This document shows, in pieces, positions 53,873 through 61,787 of a stretch of DNA of 64,000 nucleotides. The first letter of the stretch is position 1. Each line of letters opens with the position of its first letter. This DNA comes from Planctomycetota bacterium (GTDB taxonomy: Bacteria; Planctomycetota; UBA8742; UBA2392), in the NCBI GenBank assembly GCA_019636195.1, contig JAHBYA010000006.1, forward strand, positions 61,017 to 125,016. Direction: 5' to 3'. A program made the translations under genes and the position numbers. The notes beneath the pieces are model-generated. The model worked only from the letters and a program-made list of their open reading frames with translations. It was not told the DNA's origin and made no database searches.

Positions 53873-55396
53873 ATGGTGAACCGGCTTCCTGCGCTGGTGT
53901 TCTGGGCCGCAGCAATCGGGTTGATCGTGTTCTCGACGGGCTGCGTGCAGGAAGGCGGCAAAGCCGACCTTGCACCCGCAGCGGAAGAGGACCTCAGCCC
54001 GGTTACCCAGATCAGCCAGAACGACCGCATCTTCTTTCTCAAACGTACGCACTTTGCGTTCCGGCCCACGGAACTGCAGACGCTGAACCAGATGGGGTAC
54101 GAACCGTACCTTGACTGGATGCTGACGCTGCAACAGGACCCGGCCCTTGAGGCCGCGGCGCTGGCCGCCACGGTGGCCGACGTCGAGTTTCCCAGCACAG
54201 CCGAGCTGTCGCGCTGGTGGTGCTGGCTGATGGTGCACAACCCCAACGCGTTTCAAGAGCGACTGGCGCTGTTCTGGCACGACCACTTCGCGACCAGCAC
54301 CGACGTGCTTGAAGCCGGCGAGCGCTACTGGTTCTTCAACCACATCAACCTGTGGCGCTTCCAGGGCACCAGCGGCCTGCCCGACCTGCTGCACAACATG
54401 AGCATCGACTGGGCGATGCTGAAGTGGCTCGACGGCTACGTCAGCACCCGAACCGCGCCCAACGAGAACTTCGCCCGCGAATTCTGGGAGTTGTTCACGC
54501 TCGGCGCCGACAACGGCTACACCGAGGCCGACATCCAGGAAGCAAGCCGCGCCTTTACCGGCTACCGGCGCATCTTTGTGCCGGACGCGGCGGGGCCGGG
54601 ACGTGACCAGTTCATCATGCAATGGGACCCGAACCGCCACGACAACACCTCAAAGTCGATCTTCGGCCAGACCTTCGCCGGAAACGGCCAGCAGGAGTAC
54701 CGCGACATGGTGACGTTCACGCTGTCTCACCGCGGCGTGGCCGAGTTCATCGCGCGCAAGATATGGGAAGAGTTTGTCTATGAAGACCCCAGCCCCGGAC
54801 TGGTCAGCAAGCTGGGCAAAAACCTGCGCGGCAAGAACTACGACCTGCGCGCCTTCCTAAAGATGATCTTCACTTCCAAGGCTTTCTTCAGCAGCCGCGC
54901 GCGCCAGAGCATCATCAAGAACCCGATCGAGCACCACATCGGCTTCATGCGCGCCACCGGCCTTGAAATCACCACCAACCGCATGGACAGCAACCTCAAC
55001 ACCATCGGCCAGCGGCCCACCCAGCCGCCCACCGTCAACGGCTGGCCCAGCGGGTTCTTCTGGCTGAGCAGCCAGGCGATGGTCGAGCGCGCGAACTTCT
55101 TGCGCGACTGCGTGTACTACCGCGCCGAGGCGCCGCAGGTCGGGTACGACGTAAGCACGCTGATCCTGCCGAACGAGACTGCGGACTGGCAGGTCGTGGA
55201 CCGGCTGGCCTTCCTGTTGCAGGTCAAGCTGACCGCCGCCCAGCGCGACGAGTGCATCCTGTACTTGAACTCGGACCGCAACAGCGGCGGCGTGTTCAGC
55301 CAGACCTGGGACTTCGGCGATGCCGTGCAGAAGGAAAAGAAGATTCGCGGGCTGCTTTACATCCTTGGCCAGCACCCCACCTATCACCTTCGGTGA
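53873..55396 (+). CDS. DUF1800 family protein
   Basis: Length and organisation typical of DUF1800, immediately upstream of a DUF1501 gene. Signal/anchor MVNRLPALVFWAAAIGLIVFSTGC. AAGGGGA RBS. Confidence 0.75.
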   Translation: MVNRLPALVFWAAAIGLIVFSTGCVQEGGKADLAPAAEEDLSPVTQISQNDRIFFLKRTHFAFRPTELQTLNQMGYEPYLDWMLTLQQDPALEAAALAATVADVEFPSTAELSRWWCWLMVHNPNAFQERLALFWHDHFATSTDVLEAGERYWFFNHINLWRFQGTSGLPDLLHNMSIDWAMLKWLDGYVSTRTAPNENFAREFWELFTLGADNGYTEADIQEASRAFTGYRRIFVPDAAGPGRDQFIMQWDPNRHDNTSKSIFGQTFAGNGQQEYRDMVTFTLSHRGVAEFIARKIWEEFVYEDPSPGLVSKLGKNLRGKNYDLRAFLKMIFTSKAFFSSRARQSIIKNPIEHHIGFMRATGLEITTNRMDSNLNTIGQRPTQPPTVNGWPSGFFWLSSQAMVERANFLRDCVYYRAEAPQVGYDVSTLILPNETADWQVVDRLAFLLQVKLTAAQRDECILYLNSDRNSGGVFSQTWDFGDAVQKEKKIRGLLYILGQHPTYHLR

Positions 55397-55444
55397 GCAA
55401 GGGGCGACAGACCGGATGAAAAGGCAAACCCACAGGAGCGAACC

Positions 55445-56749
55445 ATGAACCGCAACCTCAAAAGCACCGCCCGCCGCAACTTCCTGCGCGTAAGCGCCGG
55501 CGCCGCGGGCGTCGCCGCGCTGGGCGCCGTGACCGGCAACGGGCATACGCCGCTGAAGGCGGCTGCGCTGCCCAACCACAAACGGCTTGTCATCGTCAAC
55601 ATGCTGGGCGGCAACGACGGTCTCAACACCGTGTTCCCAGTGACCGGCGCGGAAGCTGCCGCCTACCTGAACAACCGCCCCACGCTCGGTTTCGCGCAGG
55701 GCCAGGGCCTGAGCCTGACCGGCGGGCCCGGCGTCAGCGAGTACGAGTTGCACCCGTCGCTGGTGAACTTCCAGGCGCGCTGGAATGCGGGGCAGATGGC
55801 CGTGATCCACAAGGTCGGCTACCCGCAACAGAACCTCAGCCACTTCGTCAGCGAAGATATCTGGAGCTACGGCACGCGCAGCGGGCTGGGCTCGCTGGTC
55901 GGCATGGCCCCGGGCTGGGTCGCCCGCTACGGCAACACCTACGCCCCCACCACGATGGGTGTGGTCAGCATCGGTGTCGGCCGGCGCCTAGACTTCGCGG
56001 GCGCGAACGTCAACCCGTTTCTGGTTTCCAGCGTCGCAAGCTTCAACTATCGCACCGACTTCAACTACACCCAGAACCACGCCCTGCGCCTGCAAACCAT
56101 CCAGAACATCCTGGCCCTGCAGCCTGCCGGCGACATTGTCGGCGACATTGCCGCCGCCGGAAGCTCGGCTTTCTCGGCAGCGGCGCAGGTGCAGCAGGCC
56201 GCCAGCGACTACACGGCGTGGGCTGCGGGCAACTCGATCGTGTACCCCAACACCTCGATGGGCAACCGCCTGCGCGACATCGCGACGCTGATCCACGGCA
56301 CCACCGCCACCGGCGGCTTTGAGTCGCGCGTCTTCTACACAGGCTATGGCGGCTTTGACACGCACAGCAACCAGCTCACGGCGCACGCCGGCCTGCTTAC
56401 GCAGCTCGATAACGCGCTGGGCGTCTTCTACACCGACCTGGTGGCGCAGGGAGTCTGGAACGACACCGTGCTTGTCGTGATCAGCGAGTTCGGGCGCCGC
56501 AACTATGAAAACGGCAGCAACGGCACCGACCATGGCCACGGCAACTGCGTGCTGGTGGTCGGCGGGCCCGTCAACGGCGGCTTCTACGGCACGCTGCCCA
56601 GCGTTGCCGACCTGAACATGGGCCACCTCAACTACAACACCGACTTCCGCGACGTGTACCGCGCCCTGCTGATGCAGCACCTGGCGCACGACCCCACGCC
56701 GCTGTTTCCTGAAACACAACCGACCAACAACGTGCCCAACCTCGTGTGA
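55445..56749 (+). CDS. DUF1501 family protein (sulfatase-like fold), Tat-secreted
   Basis: Tat motif RRNFLRVSAGAAGVAALGA. Conserved DUF1501 blocks (LVIVNMLGGNDGLN, FGRRNYENGSNGTDHGHGN). AGGAG RBS. Confidence 0.85.
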   Translation: MNRNLKSTARRNFLRVSAGAAGVAALGAVTGNGHTPLKAAALPNHKRLVIVNMLGGNDGLNTVFPVTGAEAAAYLNNRPTLGFAQGQGLSLTGGPGVSEYELHPSLVNFQARWNAGQMAVIHKVGYPQQNLSHFVSEDIWSYGTRSGLGSLVGMAPGWVARYGNTYAPTTMGVVSIGVGRRLDFAGANVNPFLVSSVASFNYRTDFNYTQNHALRLQTIQNILALQPAGDIVGDIAAAGSSAFSAAAQVQQAASDYTAWAAGNSIVYPNTSMGNRLRDIATLIHGTTATGGFESRVFYTGYGGFDTHSNQLTAHAGLLTQLDNALGVFYTDLVAQGVWNDTVLVVISEFGRRNYENGSNGTDHGHGNCVLVVGGPVNGGFYGTLPSVADLNMGHLNYNTDFRDVYRALLMQHLAHDPTPLFPETQPTNNVPNLV

Positions 56750-56754
56750 GCATC

Positions 56755-57954
56755 ATGCCGATTTGCCGCCACTCCCCGCGCAAGGGCCCAGCCATCCGGC
56801 TGGGCCTGATGCCCGCCGTGCTGATGACCCTGCTGCTTGCGTCCTGCCCCGCAAGCGAAGATGGCGGCGGCAGCGGCGGTGGTGGCGGGGGCGGTGGCTA
56901 CCCGGACCCCGGGCCGCGCAACCCGCTGCCCGCGGACATCACGTCGCTTGACTACTACTGGGGCGTTGAGGCAATCGCCACGGGCCTGAGCACACCCTGC
57001 AAAATGGCGCAGGCCCCCGACGGCCGACTGTTCGTCAGCGAGCTGAACGGCACTCTGCGCATCATTGAGACCACCCCGCCGCACACGCAGCACGTCTTTG
57101 CATCTGAAAATGTGCTGACCGGCAACGAGCGCGGCCTGCTGGGCGTCGCACTATCGCCCGACTTCACGACCAACGGCTATGTCTATGTCATGCTGTGCAT
57201 CAACGACGTGACGGACCGGCAACAGGTCATCCGCTACACAGCCGTCGGCAATACCTCAACTGCGCGCACGGTGCTGATCGACAACCTGCCGATCGCCCAG
57301 ACCCACAACGCGGGCGCAATCAAATTCGGGCTTGATGGCCGGCTGTACGTCAGCGTCGGCGACGCCGAATTGGATACCAATTCGCAGACCAACGGCTCAC
57401 TGGCGGGGCGCATCCTGCGCTACAACGAAGACGGCAGCATCCCGGCGACCAACCCCAAGTTCGGCACGGTGGATGCCGCCGAGTGGTGCCGCGGCCTGCG
57501 CAACGCGTTCGGCATGTGCGTGCACCCGACGACGGGCACGATCCTGATCACGGAAAACGGGCCCAACAACAACGATGAACTGAATTACGTGTCGCCCGGC
57601 AAGAACTTCGAGTGGGGCTCTACGGGCGGCATACCCGGCGCTGAAATCGGCACCAAGCTGCGCAACTGGGGCAGCGTGATCGTGCCCACCGGCTTGACCT
57701 ACCACAGCGGCAACAACGCACCGCCCAACACAGCCGACGCGCTGTTCATCTGCAGCTACGACGAAGAAGTGGTGTACAAGTTCAAGATGGACGGCAACCC
57801 GCCGGTGAACATTGACACCGAGGAAGTGTTTCTGGAGTTCACGAAGAACTTCCAGGCCAACAAGCCGCTGGACATCATTGAGGCCAACGACGGCAGCCTT
57901 TACGTCAGCACGTTCACGGCTATCTGGCGCGTGTATCGCCGCACCGGGCCCTGA
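56755..57954 (+). CDS. PQQ-dependent sugar (glucose/sorbosone) dehydrogenase-like beta-propeller lipoprotein
   Basis: Lipobox LLASC plus poly-Gly linker. GSDH family motifs GLLGVALSPDF, LYVSVGD, RGLRNAFGM. 4-nt overlap with the DUF1501 stop. Confidence 0.75.
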   Translation: MPICRHSPRKGPAIRLGLMPAVLMTLLLASCPASEDGGGSGGGGGGGGYPDPGPRNPLPADITSLDYYWGVEAIATGLSTPCKMAQAPDGRLFVSELNGTLRIIETTPPHTQHVFASENVLTGNERGLLGVALSPDFTTNGYVYVMLCINDVTDRQQVIRYTAVGNTSTARTVLIDNLPIAQTHNAGAIKFGLDGRLYVSVGDAELDTNSQTNGSLAGRILRYNEDGSIPATNPKFGTVDAAEWCRGLRNAFGMCVHPTTGTILITENGPNNNDELNYVSPGKNFEWGSTGGIPGAEIGTKLRNWGSVIVPTGLTYHSGNNAPPNTADALFICSYDEEVVYKFKMDGNPPVNIDTEEVFLEFTKNFQANKPLDIIEANDGSLYVSTFTAIWRVYRRTGP

Positions 57955-59484
57955 CTACAAAAAGCGCGCGTACGTGCCGTAGCCCTTGTCAAAGAACTCG
58001 CGAAAGAAGCCCTCCGCCATCGCGCGTTGCGCCGCCGTGTTCTTGGCCTTGCTGCCGTCCGGGTACAGCGCCAGCGCGTTGGCCCAGTGTTGCGCAAGGC
58101 TCAGCATCTGCGGGCTCACGTTCGGGTCCAATGTGTCCAGCCGCTGCTGCGCCGCTTCGTGGTACTTCAGTGCCGCCTTCGTGTTGCCCGCCGCAAGCGC
58201 CAGCCGCGCGCCGGCCACGGCGTATGCAAACTCCTGCGTCGGGCGCACGGCAATGCGCCCGCGCTCGGCGTTGACGGCGGCTTCGAAGGCAGCGACAGGA
58301 TCGTTGTCGTCTTTGCCCTTCTTGCGGTTGCCGGTGGCGGTGGCCAGGCCGCGTGCCCACGCTTCCCAGATGCTGCCGTCGGCAAGGCCCAGCCGGTCAT
58401 CGCCCTTGTAGCGTTCATGAATCTGCGCCAGCTGGCTCCATTCCTCCATAAGGCCGGCAAAGCGCACCAGCGCGACGGCCTTGCTGCTGTGGTCTTCTCC
58501 GATGCCGGTGGCGTAGCTCAGCGGCGTAAGGCCGCTCAGCAGCATGGTCTCAACCAGCTTGCCGCTGAATGAACGCTTGAGCTGGTCAGGCAGCACGGGA
58601 TAGGTGTCGTGCAGGTCGCGCAGGCCTTCGCGCAGGTTGCCCAGTTCAATGTTCAGCACGGCGTGCAGCGCCTGAATCTGCTTGTAGCGGCCCCAGTCCT
58701 TGCCCACGTCTTCGTACAGCGCCAGCGTGGCGCGGCAGATGCGGCGGGCCTCTCGGGCCCGGTCGGCGCGGTGCAGGCTGACGATCAGGTTGATCGCCAG
58801 CGCCGCGTGTTCCTTGTCCATGGTCACGTCGCTGGCAGCGAGGCTTTTCACGAACACCTTGCGGCTGAGCTCAAGCGCCTTCACCTGGTCGCCGAAGATG
58901 TGCTCGTAGAATTCCTGCAGGCTGTCGAATTCGACGTTCAGTTCAGGGTCGTCGCACAGGCGGCTGACCTGCTGGGCAGCTTTGCGCACCTCGGCGGCGC
59001 GGGTGGCATCCATGTCCTGCAACGCCTTCTTGAAGTTATCCAGCAGCTCGCGAAACACGGTCTTGGTGCGGCGGTTCAACACCGCGCGCAGCGCCTCGTA
59101 GCGTTCAATGGCGTCATTAAGCTCGCGCAAAACTTTCAGGTGGGCCTGGCCTGTCAGGGCGCCCAGCTTCATTTTGGCCACCTGGTTCATGGCCTCAACC
59201 AGCTCAAGCAGGTTGCTGGCCATTTCGCTGGTGCCGGCGCTCACGTCGGCCAGGTACGGCGTGCCTTCGCCGGTCATCAACCATGCGGGGTTCACGCCCA
59301 GGCCGGCGATCACGCTGGTGCAGAACTCGGCTGGGATTTTTGTGGACTTGAGGTAGCGGTTGACGGTGCTGACCAGGGTGCCGGTCTTGCGGGCAAGGTC
59401 GCTTTGGCTGCGGGTCTTGACCAGCACGCGCAAGCGCTCGCGGACCTGTTCGTCATACAAACGCGGAGTGACTTCCGTGCCCAT
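57955..59484 (-). CDS. Transcriptional regulator: N-terminal XRE-type helix-turn-helix plus large C-terminal all-helical (TPR-like) domain
   Basis: HTH QSDLARKTGTLVSTVNRYL...LGVNPAWLMTGEG. About 430 aa of helical repeats. Paralogue of 61784-63289. Divergent from the selenoprotein gene. Confidence 0.65.
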   Translation of the reverse strand: MGTEVTPRLYDEQVRERLRVLVKTRSQSDLARKTGTLVSTVNRYLKSTKIPAEFCTSVIAGLGVNPAWLMTGEGTPYLADVSAGTSEMASNLLELVEAMNQVAKMKLGALTGQAHLKVLRELNDAIERYEALRAVLNRRTKTVFRELLDNFKKALQDMDATRAAEVRKAAQQVSRLCDDPELNVEFDSLQEFYEHIFGDQVKALELSRKVFVKSLAASDVTMDKEHAALAINLIVSLHRADRAREARRICRATLALYEDVGKDWGRYKQIQALHAVLNIELGNLREGLRDLHDTYPVLPDQLKRSFSGKLVETMLLSGLTPLSYATGIGEDHSSKAVALVRFAGLMEEWSQLAQIHERYKGDDRLGLADGSIWEAWARGLATATGNRKKGKDDNDPVAAFEAAVNAERGRIAVRPTQEFAYAVAGARLALAAGNTKAALKYHEAAQQRLDTLDPNVSPQMLSLAQHWANALALYPDGSKAKNTAAQRAMAEGFFREFFDKGYGTYARFL

Positions 59485-59672
59485 GGGGCCCCCGTTGCCG
59501 ATGTGCGAAAGTAGAATGCGCGAAATTATTGCATACACAAAGGGATCGCGCCATCGCGGATTGGAAAAACCCTGGGCCAGCGCCGTGCCCCGCAAAATTC
59601 TTATTTGGGTTTCCGGCCAAAGCCGGGTAATCCATATCAGTAATGTTCCCTTTCCTCTCTACTGGAGACCAG

Positions 59673-60656
59673 ATGAAAACGATGCTTACGCTCAGCGTAG
59701 TTGCGCTGGCGCTGCTCGCTTCTCCGGCGTTCGCGCAGGACGCCAAAGGCGTGCAGTGGACCGACAACTACGAGGGCGCCCTCAAGACCGCCAAGGAAGA
59801 AAAGAAGCGGTTGTTCATTGAATTCACCGCCGAATGGTGAGGCCCCTGCAAGAAACTGGCCCGTGACGTATGGCCAGATGAGGCGCTTGCCAAGACCATC
59901 GCCAAGAACTTTGTGCCGGTGATGCTGTACGACGACAAGGCGCCCGATGTCCTCAAGAAGTACGGCGTGCGTGCCTTCCCGACCTTCATTGTCACCGACG
60001 CCGACGGCAAAGAAGAGATGCGCCAGGTCGGCGCGCCCTTCAGCACCCCGGCCGACGCCATCAAGTGGTTCGAAAAGGTCGGCGACGCCTTTGTCAACCT
60101 GCCCAAGTACGAGGCGGCCTACGAGAAGAGTGCCGACGACCACGACAATGCCATCAAGCTGGCGGACGCCTACGCCGCGCTGGGCAAAGCCGACAAGGCC
60201 ATGCCGATTTACGAAAAGCTGGCTGAGAAGCTGCCCAAAGACGACAAGCGCCGGGTTGACGTGCAACTGGCATACGCGCAGGCGTTGATCGGCACCGCCA
60301 CCCGCGAAAACCAGGCCGAAGTCGGCGCCAAGATCCAGAAGATCTATGACGACGTGCTGCCCGGGCTGGTCAAGGCCAAGGATGAACGCGCCCTTGAGCC
60401 CGGCATCCTGAACGCACGCCTCAAGTCCGGCATCGGTAAAGACCACGATGGCGCACGCAAGGACCTCAAGGCGCTGATCGAGGCCTTCCCCGAGACCAGC
60501 CGCATGAACGAACTCATGTACTGGGCCGCGGCCATCGCACAGCAGGCCGGCGACAACGACGCCGCCAAGGCCGAGTTCCAGGCGCTGATCAAGCGCGGCC
60601 CCGCCGAAGACGACTACGTCAAGGCCGCCCAACGCAGCCTTGACCGCATGAAGTAG
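59673..60656 (+). CDS. Periplasmic thioredoxin-fold protein with in-frame TGA (putative selenocysteine, W-U-G-P-C) fused to a C-terminal TPR-like helical domain
   Basis: GGAG RBS 5 nt before ATG 59673. Signal peptide MKTMLTLSVVALALLASPAFA. Beta1 KRLFIEFTAEW, then TGA at 59838-59840, then GPC. Conserved cis-Pro (RAFPTFIV). The ORF track splits this at the TGA into 59643-59840 and 59913-60656; both are in the same frame with no other stop between. SECIS-like hairpin at 59856-59877. Strong terminator after the stop. Confidence 0.55.
59856..59877 (+). ncRNA. SECIS-like mRNA hairpin downstream of the in-frame UGA
   Basis: Perfect 6-bp GC-rich stem CUGGCC/GGCCAG with a 10-nt loop (CGUGACGUAU, containing GU). 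It starts 16 nt after the UGA, within the spacing used by bacterial SECIS elements. Confidence 0.4.
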
Positions 60657-60675
60657 CCAGATCTGCAATTTGAAA

Positions 60676-60703
60676 GGGCGGGCGCGAGCCCGCCCTTTCT
60701 GTT
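60676..60703 (+). terminator. Rho-independent terminator after the selenoprotein gene
   Basis: GGGCGGGC-gcga-GCCCGCCC followed by TTTCTGTT. Confidence 0.7.
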
Positions 60704-60729
60704 GGTGGCTGCCGCAAATGTTGTATAAG
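60702..60729 (+). promoter_or_regulatory. Candidate sigma70-like promoter (TTGGTG-N16-TATAAG) for gene 60747-61787
   Basis: Lies between the upstream terminator and the RBS. Confidence 0.35.
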
Positions 60730-60746
60730 CAACCCGGAGGTTGACC

Positions 60747-61787
60747 GTGCGCATCCCACTCGCCGCCCTGTTGCTGCTTGCACTTGCCTGCCATATCCCC
60801 GGCGCCGCGGAAGACGCCCCGGCCCCGGACCGCAAAGCCGCCATGAAGGCCGCCGCGCGCGCAGTCGGCGGGTCGTGGGTCAGTGAAGCGGTCGGGCCCG
60901 ACGGCAAAACATCGTGGGTGCGCAGCGAAACCACCTGGAGCGAAAACAAGCGTATCCTGCGCGCGCGCACGTGGTCGCTGACCGCAGACAACGAAACCCT
61001 CGACTTTGAAGGCGGCATGTACTGGCACCCCGGCACCAAGCGCATCGAGTACTTCGCCGTCATGGCCAACGGCGGTTTGTTCAAGGGCCACGTTGAGGTC
61101 AAGCAGGGCAGGCTGATCAGCCGCTGGAGCGCATGGATGGGCAGCATGACCATGCACGGTGAAAACCACACCGAGTACACCGACGACGACACCCAGGTGA
61201 CCAAAATTTACACCAAGACCGGCGATACCCTGCGCCTGATGAAAGAAATGAAAACCGTGCGCAAAGAAGCCGGCTGGAAACCCGCCAAGCCCGAAGAGGG
61301 CGACAAGGACGAAACGCCCGACAGCCCCGAGCCCTCGAGCCTCGAGCACTCCGGCAAGCTGGTCGGCGGGCAGTGGGTGACCCAGACCGACCCGGACAAG
61401 CCATACAACGGCTTCACATACGAGTGGGGCATCGGCAAACAGTTGATCTGGGGCCGCACGTTCGCAGCCAACGCCGGGGCAACCAAGGTGCTGTACGAAG
61501 GCGCACAGTACTGGCACCCGGGCGAGAAAAAGCTGCGGTACTTTGAGTGCGCAACCGGCGGCGAAGTGTACGAGGGCGAGATTACGCGCAAGGGCGAAAC
61601 CGAAATCTCCGCCTTCAAGGCCTACGGCGACAAGGGCGTCACCGAGTATGAGCAGCACAGCAAGCTCACGGACAAAGACACGCTGGAAAGCACAGTGTTC
61701 ATCCGCCAGGGCGAAGAGTTCAAACAGGCCCACAAGTTCAAGTTCACCCGCAAGCCCGCCGACTGGCCCCCAAAGCAGGACAACTAG
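60747..61787 (+). CDS. Secreted hypothetical protein with internal tandem duplication (two approximately 110-aa YWHPG.K..YF modules)
   Basis: GGAGG RBS 6 nt before GTG 60747. Signal peptide. Repeats ...MYWHPGTKRIEYFAV... and ...AQYWHPGEKKLRYFEC.... Confidence 0.5.
   Translation: MRIPLAALLLLALACHIPGAAEDAPAPDRKAAMKAAARAVGGSWVSEAVGPDGKTSWVRSETTWSENKRILRARTWSLTADNETLDFEGGMYWHPGTKRIEYFAVMANGGLFKGHVEVKQGRLISRWSAWMGSMTMHGENHTEYTDDDTQVTKIYTKTGDTLRLMKEMKTVRKEAGWKPAKPEEGDKDETPDSPEPSSLEHSGKLVGGQWVTQTDPDKPYNGFTYEWGIGKQLIWGRTFAANAGATKVLYEGAQYWHPGEKKLRYFECATGGEVYEGEITRKGETEISAFKAYGDKGVTEYEQHSKLTDKDTLESTVFIRQGEEFKQAHKFKFTRKPADWPPKQDN

Noticed and set aside
55394-55447. In-frame TGA between the DUF1800 and DUF1501 genes (same reading frame), considered as a possible second selenocysteine or read-through site
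   Set aside because: The TGA ends a complete DUF1800 protein. The downstream gene begins with its own RBS and a Tat signal peptide. No catalytic Cys context and no hairpin are present. The shared frame is a 1-in-3 coincidence.
59838-59840. Alternative reading of the TGA in the thioredoxin gene as a simple nonsense mutation or pseudogene
   Set aside because: Not excluded, but less parsimonious. The stop replaces exactly the nucleophilic Cys codon of an otherwise intact W-C-G-P-C motif, the downstream frame stays open for 270 codons of well-conserved sequence, and a hairpin sits at SECIS distance. I report it as a CDS with moderate confidence rather than a pseudogene.
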